Part shown: in pieces, positions 23,885-35,075 of the stretch | Position numbering within the stretch: position 1 is the first letter of the stretch | Layout: each line of letters starts with the position of its first letter | Assembly: GCF_001194135.2 (NCBI RefSeq) | Contig: NC_068981.1 | Span: 30,928,388 to 30,971,916, forward strand | DNA length: 43,529 nt | Direction of reading: 5' to 3' | From: Octopus bimaculoides | Taxonomy: Eukaryota | Program-made: the position numbers and the translations under genes | Notes under the pieces: generated by a model | Database searches by the model: none | What the model saw: only the letters and a program-made list of their open reading frames with translations | What the model was told of the DNA's origin: nothing

Positions 23885-24061
23885 TAACTATAAATAATCC
23901 TTTCCACTATAGGTACAAGGCCTGACATTTGGGGAAGGGGAATCGTCGATCACATCCACCCCAGTTTTTCACGGGTACTTATTTTCATCAGCCCCAAAAG
24001 GAGGATGAAAATACCACTAGACATTTCGTCCAGCATGCTAACGATTCTACTAGCTCGCCAC
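23885..24061 (-). mobile_element. SINE family A with internal deletion
   Basis: Tail ATAATCCTTTCCACTATAGGTACAAGGCCTGA, core GGTACTTATTTTCATC...AGGATGAAA, head CATTTCGTCCAGCATGCTAACGATTCTACTAGCTCGCCA. Confidence 0.8.
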
Positions 24062-24085
24062 CCTATCAATAGTTATTTCAAATAA

Positions 24086-24390
24086 GGCGACGAGCTGGCA
24101 GATACGTCAGCACGCCGGGCGAAATGCTTAGCAGTGTTTCGTATGTCTTTACCTTCTGAGTTCAAATTCCGCCGAGGTCGACTTTGCCGTTCATCCTTTC
24201 GGGATCGATAAATTAAGTACCAGTTACGTACTGGAGTTGTTTTAATCTACTGCANNNNNNNNNNNNNNNNNNNNNNNNNNNNNNNNNNNNNNNNNNNNNN
24301 NNNNNNNNNNNNNNNNNNNNNNNNNNNNNNNNNNNNNNNNNNNNNNNNNNNNNNNAATTTCGGGCCTTGTGCCTAGAGTAGAAAAGAATA
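24086..24390 (+). mobile_element. SINE family A spanning an N-gap
   Basis: The head and core to 24254 match family A. The tail resumes after the gap (AATTTCGGGCCTTGTGCCTAGAGTAGAAAAGAATA). Confidence 0.9.
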
Positions 24391-25261
24391 AACTATCTTG
24401 CTAGAATTCTAAAACACGATACGTTGATTACAAAATCACGTGATTATCAGAAAGCGCTTTTAAAATGAAGAAAAGTGGCTAAGAAGACTTTTGGCGAGCA
24501 GTAATTTGCATAATATTTAAAAACATTGTGCTAAAGGAGATTCCGCGAATCTGCCAATAGCTTGGATTAAAATAAATGAAGTAATGTGGGTGTATTGAAT
24601 GACGTATGCCCAAAATTGTTACTGATTTGAATTTCCCTTTAGTTGGAGAAAGAAATCCTTCACCCAAAGGCAATCTTAGCAACTCACAAGACAAAAAGTG
24701 ATAATATTTTGAGAAGTTAAGAATTAATTTTAAAAAGTGATAATTTTTCATGTTTATCATACGCTACCTGTAAACGTGTAACTATGCATAATCCAAATGT
24801 AAGTGATACGGGCTTACGTGAAATACTTAAATATATAGAATTTTAAAAAATAATTTCATTAAAAGACGAAATAATGAAATTTGGTTGTTTATTAATGTGT
24901 AGAAATATGATGCGCTCTATCAGCTAGATACAGGGTGGGAAATTTTCATCCTGTATATAACTTAACGAATTCGAAGATGGCAATGAATTCGAATTAACTG
25001 ATTGAATTCGGTTTCATGAGACAAAAGGTAAATCAGGGTATATTCAGTATTGTTTTTATTGAACCCTCAAGCTATATGGAATGATACATTTTAAATTATT
25101 CCTTCTTCATTCTCGTATCATCCTCCTTTTTAAAAGCGAAACTATCACTTGAATAACTAAAAACATGCAAGTGTTATTTTTCATTTACAATTGGAGAAAA
25201 TTTTTTTTCGGGCTGCCCCTTCCCTTGCAAAAAAGAAAACAAAAAGAAAAAAACTAATTGC

Positions 25262-25600
<339 letters not shown>

Positions 25601-25699
25601 GAATAGTATAGTTTCCATGAAGCATTGTCTCGGATGTGTGTTTAATTAGTTTTCTAAGCCAAAACAATGCAAGTAATAAAAAATTAACAATACCAAACG

Positions 25700-26690
25700 A
25701 TTTTTAGTACTATTACTGGCAGTTCAATATTTCAGGGAAAGCCCCCGTTCTTCAGGAAATCTACGGAGAAAATATGTTGTAAACTAAATTCTTTGCTCTC
25801 TAGTACTTGTGTATGAAAGATTGCTGTTTTGCTATCCTAAGTAACCAGTCAACTGTGTGCGGTTGGGATTTGTTATTAATTCGTGAGCTGTGCTTGTTAT
25901 TTAAAATAGTTTCTTTTATTCTCATATTCCCAATGTTTCTTTCTGCAACTGTAATTAAAACCTGGATGTCTTGGTGTGGCAGCTGCGTTTTTTTTTTTTT
26001 TTTTTATAGAAGAAGCATTAGTACAGACGTGTTCTTTAACCAGTATGCAAACTGTTCTGATGGTACAGCTGGTGTAGAATTTATTACATTTGCTATGCGT
26101 GACTTATACAAGTAGGACCACAAACATATTTTCATCTTTGATTGGGCACTTGGGTAATGTGTATAACGTGTTATTAGGCAGTTGGGCAGTGTATATAAGA
26201 TAATGTGAGATGATGTTAATGTATATAAGATAATGTTTTGTTTTGCTTTGTTTTGTAAGACGTTGAAAATTGAATATCTAAGTCTCATTAACTTCGAATT
26301 AGGTTCGGGATTAGAAAGAGGAAGGTAAAGTTGGATAAATGTGTTGTGAGTGAACAATCTATTGGCGCTCGTAGTTGGGATGGTGCTAGAGAGAGTACTA
26401 TTAGAAGATGGGCAGTAGGACTTCAGAGACGATATCTATTTTAGTTGGTAAATTGTTCTGCAGAAGTGTATTTCTATACCAAGTTATGTTTGCCATTAAA
26501 TCGCTGCACTTTAATGAATTTTGGACCAAGATTTAGTAGACATATCTCCTCGGTTGAGACAGTGTCAGACAGATCTATCGTACGTTGTTTGTGGTAGACA
26601 GAAGTAGCAAAGTCGTATTTGTTTGCAGTGTTTTGGTGGTAGAAAAATCAAGATTATTTTCATTGTTCTTATTACGTTGGTATATGTGGT
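25700..26690 (-). mobile_element. Internally deleted Penelope-like element: N-terminal ORF fragment, GIY-YIG endonuclease and 3' end
   Basis: TIDLSDTVSTEEICLLNLGPKF (about 26500-26580) matches the PLE N-terminal NLSxxxLTxxExxLLxxGxxF motif. TLPKCPIKDENMFVVLLV*VTHSKCNKFYTSCTIRTVCILVKEH (about 26030-26165) is a degenerate VYxIxCxxCxxxYIGxTxRxLxxRxKEH. After a poly-A frameshift: ERNIGNMRIKETILNNKHSSRINNK, stop at 25800-25802. No RT core recognised. Confidence 0.75.
25722..25758 (-). ncRNA. Degenerate minimal type I hammerhead ribozyme motif in the Penelope-like 3' region
   Basis: Minus strand: UUC-CUGAAGA-ACGGGGG/CUUU/CCCU-GAAA-UAU-U-GAA. Core boxes intact, G/C-rich helix II, only 3 bp of helix I and a 4-nt AUAU helix III. 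Lies about 40 nt after the GIY-YIG stop. Confidence 0.45.
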
Positions 26691-26698
26691 GGTGTAGT

Positions 26699-27081
26699 GG
26701 AAGCGCAATGCCCCAGTTGTTAGGGCAGCGGACTCGCGGTCGTAGGATCACGGTTTCGATTCCCAGACCTGGCGTTGTGAGTGTTTATTGAGCGAAAACA
26801 CCTAAAGCTCCATGAGGCTCCGGCAGGGGATGGTGGTGAACCCTGCTGTACTCTTCCACCACAACTTTCTCTCACTCTTACTTCCTGTTTCTGTTGTGCC
26901 TGTAATTCAAAGGGTCAGCCTTGTCACACTGTGTCACACTGAATACCCCTGAGAACTACGTTAAGGGTACACGTGTCTGCGGAGTGCTCAGCCACTTGCA
27001 CGTTAATTTCACGAGCAGGCTGTTCCGTTGATCGGATCAACTGGAACCCTCGACGTCGTAAGCGACGGAGTGCCAACAACA
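26699..27081 (+). mobile_element. tRNA-derived SINE family B, full length (about 380 bp)
   Basis: tRNA-like head GGAAGCGCAATGCCCCAGTTGTTAGGGCAGCGGACTCGCGG...GGTTTCGATTCC. Ends GACGGAGTGCCAACAACA. Four other partial copies in the window. Confidence 0.92.
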
Positions 27082-27774
27082 GATGTGGTGGTGTTAATGG
27101 TGCCGCTATGGGTTTCATATGAAGTATCGACATATATATATATAAACACTACGCAATGTATTCAGTACTATTTTCTTTTGTTTGTGCGCATGCCTTTGCG
27201 TCCGTGTTGATGTGTGTGTGTCATTGTACTTAGCAGCAGTTTGGCTTTCCCGTCAGCTCACACTATTGAGCTGTGCTATCCTAACACCCGAAAATTTGGT
27301 ACAGTTCCTGTATCTCTCCGTGCTTCTGTGGACCCCACGGTTTTACAATCGTGGCAGTTGCATTTGTTGTTATTGCAATCGGTGTCACCGCCGCTGCTGC
27401 TGTCGTCATTATTTGTGTTGTTGATATTGTTGTAGTTGACTGTGAAGTTTCTTGTCTGTGTGTTTGTGTGTATGGGTTCGTTTCATGTGTTGTTTGTATC
27501 CATGTCCTTTATACGAATTTATTTATTTATTCATTTATTTTATCTATCTCTATTTCTTATATTCATCACAGGTATGTGACAAATATATGGCACGTAGGTA
27601 ATCGTTTTTTTTTATTTCGTATATTTTCATTTGTCTTGCTCATTTTTACATTGTGGCGATTTGCTGAGATTTTTCTTGAGAACACACTCTTCGGAGTAAT
27701 GGCGTTTTGACGTCTATCTTTAGCATATTAGGTGTCCACTTTAGTAGTCATTCCTCTTAATTCTGTTTATACAT

Positions 27775-27878
27775 AGTATATGTATATAAATGTATATGTT
27801 TATATACACACTGATATACACACACATATATATATATATATATATACATATATATACATCGGTACATATCTCTCTCTT

Positions 27879-27971
<93 letters not shown>

Positions 27972-28145
27972 GTGTGTAGACTGCGGTGTGTCTGGTTATA
28001 TGTTTATATGTATTAAGGTGTGATGTACTGTATCTAGACCACAAACTAACGACAAAGTGTCGTACAAGGCATTAAAAACAATACTTAAAACAAGCAAAAA
28101 ATAATACTCTAATCCACAGCTTACATTCTAGTCACTACCGTCAAC

Positions 28146-28192
<47 letters not shown>

Positions 28193-28320
28193 TAGATAGA
28201 TAGATACACACACACTCAGACACAAACCCTCAAAGGCACACACGCACACACACAAATATACATGCACACAGACATATACTCACCCCCTCCATACACACAC
28301 ACACTCACATGTACGTAGGT
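27775..28320. repeat. (TA)n/(CT)n/(GATA)n/(CA)n microsatellite blocks
   Basis: Read directly from the sequence. Confidence 0.92.
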
Positions 28321-28565
28321 ATGTATGCATTTGATTGTGTCTAAGTGACTGTGTGTTTTTGCGAATGAATAAAACTGGACCTCACTTTATGTGAAGTATT
28401 ATTGGGAAAATGACTGAAGCGTACATTGAGTAGCTTACCATTAGTTTTTGACAATTGGAATATTTTTGCTTTTTATTGTACTTCAATGTGTGTAAAATTT
28501 ATTCGATATTTTATCTACGTTTTGAGTGTGCTTCACTGGTTCTTCAATACTTGTTATTCATCTAG

Positions 28566-28602
28566 GGACAATGTTTGCTCCATGGACGCTCTCTATCGTA
28601 CG
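28566..28602 (+). other. Candidate 37-nt exon
   Basis: TTGTTATTCATCTAG acceptor and ACG/GTAAGT donor. GC-richer than its flanks. All three frames are open, so the product cannot be assigned. Confidence 0.3.
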
Positions 28603-28699
28603 GTAAGTATGTATTGACTTTGCAATGAATATAATAAAGAAAATACAATTTGCGGAAGAGATTAACGGTAAGCAATTAAATAGTATAACGGTCATAAAT

Positions 28700-28742
28700 T
28701 ATTACTATTAATACTACTGCTGCTGCTGCCGCGGCTACTGCA

Positions 28743-28783
<41 letters not shown>
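28700..28783. repeat. (TAC)n/(TGC)n trinucleotide repeat running into an N-gap
   Basis: Read directly from the sequence. Confidence 0.95.
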
Positions 28784-28930
28784 NNNNNNNNNNNNNNNNN
28801 NNNNNNNNNNNNNNNNNNNNNNNNNNNNNNNNNNNNNNNNNNNNNNNNNNNNNNNNNNNNNNNNNNNNNNNNNNNNNNNNNNNCTATGTAAGATATTTTA
28901 TTATCGTAATAAAGAGAATTGGTAAGCTGC

Positions 28931-28974
28931 TTCGGGCTGATGACGAGACAAAGACTCAGAAACATGTCCCTGAA
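28931..28974 (+). ncRNA. Minimal type I hammerhead ribozyme motif
   Basis: Helix I: UUCGGG (28931-28936) pairs with CCUGAA (28969-28974). CUGAUGA at 28937-28943. Helix II: C-GAG/ACAAAGA/CUC-A. GAAA at 28959-28962. Palindromic helix III ACAUGU. GUC cleavage triplet at 28966-28968. The pair closing helix II is a C.A mismatch. Confidence 0.75.
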
Positions 28975-29293
28975 TGCTGGCTAGGCTGGGTGGAGGAGCT
29001 TGTCTCTCCCTCGCAAATTTAAGCACACAGTAATTGTGTCAAGGCCGACAGGAAGCGGTCCAGCTTCCTAGGGCTAAACGGCAGTAGTGTGTTCCCTTAT
29101 TGGGATTGTCACATTAAGTTGACAATATACTACAACAGTATTGATTTTGTTATACGATTAATGTTTGTTATAGTCAGTCACTAATAAAAAATCATTAATA
29201 CAATATTTATAAATTATTAATGCACTCAGTTATATCTGATATGTATATATTTGCATGTATTGTAGACGTATATGTATGCATAGGTAAACATGA

Positions 29294-29331
<38 letters not shown>

Positions 29332-29341
29332 NNNNNNNNNN

Positions 29342-29378
<37 letters not shown>

Positions 29379-30486
29379 GGTGTGTGTATGTGTGTAAATG
29401 CGTGTGTGTGTGTAGATATGTTTATATGTTTAAACTCAAATTCACGCACACTCAAGTATATTTGATATGTATATACATGTTTTGTAGAAGTATATTTATA
29501 TGTATGCATGTACACATAGATAAATGTATGTGTGTGCGTGCGCGTGTGTGTATGTGTGTGTTGTGTATGTGTACGTGTGTGAGTGCGTGTGTGTAGATAT
29601 AAATATATATATATATATATATANNNNNNNNNNNNNNNNNNNNNNNNNNNNNNNNNNNNNNNNNNNNNNNNNNNNNNNNNNNNNNNNNNNNNNNNNNNNN
29701 NNNNNNNNNNNNNNNNNNNNNNNNNNNNNNNNNNNNNNNNNNNNNNNNNNNNNNNNNNNNNNNNNNNNNNNNNNNNNNNNNNNNNNNNNNNNNNNNNNNN
29801 NNNNNNNNNNNNNNNNNNNNNNNNNNNNNNNNNNNNNNNNNNNNNNNNNNNNNNNNNNNNNNNNNNNNNNNNNNNNNNNNNNNNNNNNNNNNNNNNNNNN
29901 NNNNNNNNNNNNNNNNNNNNNNNNNNNNNNNNNNNNNNNNNNNNNNNNNNNNNNNNNNNNNNNNNNNNNNNNNNNNNNNNNNNNNNNNNNNNNNNNNNNN
30001 NNNNNNNNNNNNNNNNNNNNNNNNNNNNNNNNNNNNNNNNNNNNNNNNNNNNNNNNNNNNNNNNNNNNNNNNNNNNNNNNNNNNNNNNNNNNNNNNNNNN
30101 NNNNNNNNNNNNNNNNNNNNNNNNNNNNNNNNNNNNNNNNNNNNNNNNNNNNNNNNNNNNNNNNNNNNNNNNNNNNNNNNNNNNNNNNNNNNNNNNNNNN
30201 NNNNNNNNNNNNNNNNNNNNNNNNNNNNNNNNNNNNNNNNNNNNNNNNNNNNNNNNNNNNNGTATATCGGCTATGGACGTCAGTGATTGGTTGAAATTAT
30301 CGAAATAAGACAATTTTTTACATGAAATAAATTCGAATACAAAAATATTTTTCTGTTCTATAACACAAAATAGATAAGTATACGAAGTTTGAAAGTCTTT
30401 CGGTACCAAAAACACTACGTAAAACATTAATGAAAAATGTGGCCACCGTTTTAAAAAAGATCCGGATTATCTAAATCCTTTTTCAG

Positions 30487-30660
30487 TCAAGTTTTGTTTA
30501 TGGTCCATTCAAGTAGTGAGTCTTTGTTGAGTGAGTTGTATCCAGGTATGGGTGGTTTGTCTGGTATTCCTTGAAGAAATCTGTCCAGACTCCGTTTAAA
30601 GGTAATGGGATCCTTTTCCTCTTTAATCAGTTTTGGGACAACGTTGAGGAAAAGAAATTA
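30487..30660 (-). mobile_element. LINE ORF2 C-terminal fragment (CR1/L2/Crack-like group, tentative)
   Basis: The minus frame reads FLNVVPKLIKEEKDPITFKRSLDRFLQGIPDKPPIPGYNSLNKDSLLEWTINKT*. This fits the FNxLP..FK..LD.FL..IPD.P...Y...NSL motif at the end of LINE ORF2. Not in the ORF track because there is no ATG. Confidence 0.75.
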
Positions 30661-32993
30661 TGCCGCAGTGTACCTATATGTTGTGATCCTGAATGTGTAT
30701 ATGTATGTATGTATGTATATATATCTATGAATATAGGTATGTATGTATGTATGTATGTATGTATGTATGTATCGAACTGCAAGTCTTGATCAGAAGTCAG
30801 ATCAGTTAGTATCACGTCTGTTAGAATGTAGAGAACTCGATCGTTGTTCAGACTTGCACTTTTAATGCTGCAAAGCAAACAAATCTTTGTAAAACTGGTA
30901 CTCTAATCTGCTTTTTCAGTATTTTGTGATAAACATGGGAAGATGTACTCTCCTTATTCCAAGAATAGTAATTAATTCAGAATCAAAATCCTTAACCGCT
31001 AAGATTTTATTATGAATAACACTATATATACATATATATACTTCATTTGTAAACACGACAATTGCGTTGAAGGATCAACAACACCACTGAAGAGAATGTT
31101 TGTTATGTAGCATTTATATTACGTTCAAATTTTAGCTCTAATGTGTCCTTGAACATGATGTAAAATATTCTATACACACATGTATGTATATGTGTGTGCG
31201 CGCGTGTGTGTATATATATATATATGTTCAATGGTCACATGCATATACAAACTCATATGTTCACATATACGACAGACAATCGCAATCGTATGGATTTTTT
31301 TTTCAGAAGTTTAGTGATAAGAGATTCCAAAATTTTCGAGGTGGTTTCTTATGCTTTGAGGTAGAGTGAAATGAAAAGTTTCAAATGCCAGCAGTAATAA
31401 GGATATCTGTCCTTCCTTCTCTCCTGACATGAAGACTGTGTAAAGGAAAAAAAAATCTTTCCACTTAGACAATAGTTATTGGTTTTCAGCCTCTAGGAAA
31501 AATGGTATCTTTTGCATACAGATGTAAAAATCTACCCGAAGGGGATCCTGGTAACTGAGATTCCTTCCTGTGCAAAATGGCTTTGTATGCATGAAAAGGA
31601 AATTGCCCTTATGCACAGCAGAGGCTGCAGATTTGCCCTTAGCATAATGGTGGCACAAGCGTAAAGATAAAAAGAGGCCTCTAGGCATATTCCTTATTGA
31701 AGTCGTACTTACAGTAAATCACTTCATGAATATAAGGAAGAATTTGTCAAGCAGATAATGGCAGTCACCGTTATATGCCCACGGATAAATAATTCTCCAA
31801 ATGTCAAGATAAAATTCTGCCTGTAGTCTTGATAACAATTGTGGCCTGTCTCCATCAAATGGCAGCTTTGAATATGAGAATAGGTTACACAATTTTTGAT
31901 GACATAAAAGCGACTACAATCTAATAAAAGACACTAGGTTACAGAACAAGGTACAGCTTTGATGTAAAATGATTTTTTCGCATAGAGGAAAAATCTTAGA
32001 TAATTCAATAAGAATTAGCTTTCTTATCGGATATTATACAAGATGACATATAAAATGTCTAATCATATTCAGTATTATATTTTCTTTAATTTTCAGGTGA
32101 TCTTCGAGCTTTTCTTCGCATCAGATGCTTCAGATTATATACACGTTTAGATTCAGGCGATATATATTAGATATGTTACTAAATGAGTTATTGCTTTATC
32201 TAATATCATATGACGCAATGTATGTTATCTTATATTCCCGTTTGAACTCATAACAAAATTCACCATGGAGAATCAATCAAAAGTTGTGGATGAGAATTAC
32301 TTGCAAATGACTTAATAATATAAAGGTTCCAATCGGTTATGCACGGGAACTGAAATGATGAAAGTAAACTATATTCAAACACACTACAATATCAAGTTAT
32401 TTATTATTTCACCGTCAATTTTATATACTATATAATATTTTTGTCATTGGTTTGCAAGAAATACAATAGTGTACAAGACTGACGCATGCGCACAGAAATT
32501 ATTACTTAGCAAAACCAAAGAAATACGTGCCATCTATAGTCGGTCATTTCACACGATAGAATATTCAACCCCGTCTTCGAATTTCCGTCTACCTACGTGA
32601 CGTCAATCAGAGTTATCCTGGTGTTATACAATAATAACAACGACAGCCACAACAACAACAACGACAGCAACAACAACAACAACATTAAATAAATAAAATT
32701 AGTAGTAGCAACAACACATCGAATTTACATAGGTGCTTTAATGCAGACGATGTACCTATTAGAAGTAGTAGTTTAATCTCCCAGAAATCACAACTCAGTG
32801 TGTTCATAGAAGCAGATACATAATGCAGTCATCAATACAAATATGTGCATGAAACTGCATTCTAATTTTACAATATTTGATGCATAATGGTGAAGAATAT
32901 ATCATCCTTAGTTTCTGCCAAAGAAATACCATGGAGATATAGTTTTTCTGTTCACTTACAATCTATGACAAGTATTATTTCAGAGGTTGGGGA

Positions 32994-33131
32994 CGGTGAG
33001 CTGGCAGAATCGTTGGCTCACCGGGCGAAATGCTTAGCGGTATTTCGTCTGCCGTTACGTTCTGAGTTCAAATTCCGCCGAGGTTGACTTTGCATTTCGC
33101 CCGGCGTACTAACGTTTCTGCCAGCTCGCCG
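32994..33131. mobile_element. Fold-back SINE family A: + copy (32994-33091) fused to a - head (33092-33131)
   Basis: The 40-nt arms 32994-33033 and 33092-33131 are reverse complements with 6 mismatches (hand alignment). Confidence 0.9.
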
Positions 33132-33138
33132 CCTTCCT

Positions 33139-33351
33139 CAGTGTGACAAGGCTGGCCCTTTGAAATACAGGTACAACAGAAACAGGAAGAAAGAATGAGA
33201 GGAAGTTGTGATGAAAGAATACAGCATCTCTTACCTACCGCAGCCTCGTGGAACTTTTTCGGTGTTTTTGCCCAATAAACTCTCAAAACGGCCGCTCTGG
33301 GAATCGAAACCGCGAGTCCGCTGCCCTAACCACAGTGGCATTGCGCCTCCA
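33139..33351 (-). mobile_element. SINE family B 5' half
   Basis: Minus strand TGGAGGCGCAATGCCACTGTGGTTAGGGCAGCGGACTCGCGGTTTCGATTCCCAGA matches the head of 26699. It lacks a 14-nt piece bounded by CGGT direct repeats. Confidence 0.85.
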
Positions 33352-33726
33352 GTAACCCTTCTTCCTATTGCGGTCCACCTATCGCCGTTTATTATTTAAT
33401 CTTACGTTGATTCCCCCGTGGTGTTGTTTTCCGTTTATTATAAAATAAGTATATACAAATTACAAAAATAATGAAAAAATATATACAGTACAGTACTGTT
33501 TTTACTTCCCAGATTTTCACCTATCTCGTGGGGACGTTAGAACGTAGCAGCCGCATTAGTCCAGAGATTGCTATGTGTATATATATATATATATATATGA
33601 TGTATGTATATATGTGTGTGTATGTGTGTGTATCCTATGTATGTATATGGTATATAGCATATAGATATATATGTACATGCATAAATATACACATATACAT
33701 ATATATACACACACATATTCACATAG

Positions 33727-33987
33727 GTGGAAGTACATGTTTTCCAAAAGGAACTAGACATCCTCCTCTCCACAATACCGGATGAACCAACAGCCCGATA
33801 TGAGGTACAGAAAAGCCCAGTGGAATGAAGTTCCCTTCTACACCAAATGGGCCAACAGCTGGGAGAGAGCCACATACATGTGTGGTGATTTGAAGCACCC
33901 CAGACTGAGGAAATCAGAAACACCATGGTGGTGCTCCAGCTTGACTTCAGTCACATGGCTGAAACGTGTAAAAGAGAGTAAAAGAGT
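33727..33987 (+). mobile_element. LINE 3' end (ORF2 C-terminus, 3' UTR and GTAAAAGA-type tail)
   Basis: VEVHVFQKELDILLSTIPDEPTARYEVQKSPVE*SSLLHQM is homologous to 30487-30660. The tail GGTGGTGCTCCAGC...CTGAAACGTGTAAAAGAGAGTAAAAGAG follows. Confidence 0.78.
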
Positions 33988-35029
33988 ATATAATATATAT
34001 TCGAAACGCCGGTGTTAAAACGGGGTTAGCTAATGAAGGAAACTGTTCTCTATGTGGCTTGTGTGTTTTCTGTACTCTGGTTATTATTATTTTCTTGTCT
34101 ACGTTTTGTTTGCAATGTCCTGTACCGAGATATGCACCAATATATACAGGTAAACGTAGGTATGCCCATACCTGTACGTATATATGTATATACTCATTTA
34201 TTATTTGTTTTATATATATATATATATATNNNNNNNNNNNNNNNNNNNNNNNNNNNNNNNNNNNNNNNNNNNNNNNNNNNNNNNNNNNNNNNNNNNNNNN
34301 NNNNNNNNNNNNNNNNNNNNNNNNNNNNNNNNNNNNNNNNNNNNNNNNNNNNNNNNNNNNNNNNNNNNNNNNNNNNNNNNNNNNNNNNNNNNNNNNNNNN
34401 NNNNNNNNNNNNNNNNNNNNNNNNNNNNNNNNNNNNNNNNNNNNNNNNNNNNNNNNNNNNNNNNNNNNNNNNNNNNNNNNNNNNNNNNNNNNNNNNNNNN
34501 NNNNNNNNNNNNNNNNNNNNNNNNNNNNNNNNNNNNNNNNNNNNNNNNNNNNNNNNNNNNNNNNNNNNNNNNNNNNNNNNNNNNNNNNNNNNNNNNNNNN
34601 NNNNNNNNNNNNNNNNNNNNNNNNNNNNNNNNNNNNNNNNNNNNNNNNNNNNNNNNNNNNNNNNNNNNNNNNNNNNNNNNNNNNNNNNNNNNNNNNNNNN
34701 NNNNNNNNNNNNNNNNNNNNNNNNNNNNNNNNNNNNNNNNNNNNNNNNNNNNNNNNNNNNNNNNNNNNNNNNNNNNNNNNNNNNNNNNNNNNNNNNNNNN
34801 NNNNNNNNNNNNNNNNNNNNNNNNNNNNNNNNNNNNNNNNNNNNNNNNNNNNNNNNNNNNNNNNNNNNNNNNNNNNNNNNNNNNNNNNNNNNNNNNNNNN
34901 NNNNNNNNNNNNNNNNNNNNNNNNNNNNNNNNNNNNNNNNNNNNNNNNNNNNNNNNNNNNNNNNNNNNNNNNNNNNNNNNNNNNNNNNNNNNNNNNNNNN
35001 NNNNNNNNNNNNNNNNNNNNNNNTATGTA

Positions 35030-35075
<46 letters not shown>

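Noticed and set aside
24965-25012. Three GAATTC(G) palindromes suggesting a heat-shock element
   Set aside because: HSEs need GAAnnTTC spacing; these have GAA directly joined to TTC.
33900-33940. CTGAGGA...GAAAC hammerhead-like spacing
   Set aside because: Only 5 nt between the boxes with no helix II, no valid NUH triplet and no helix I.
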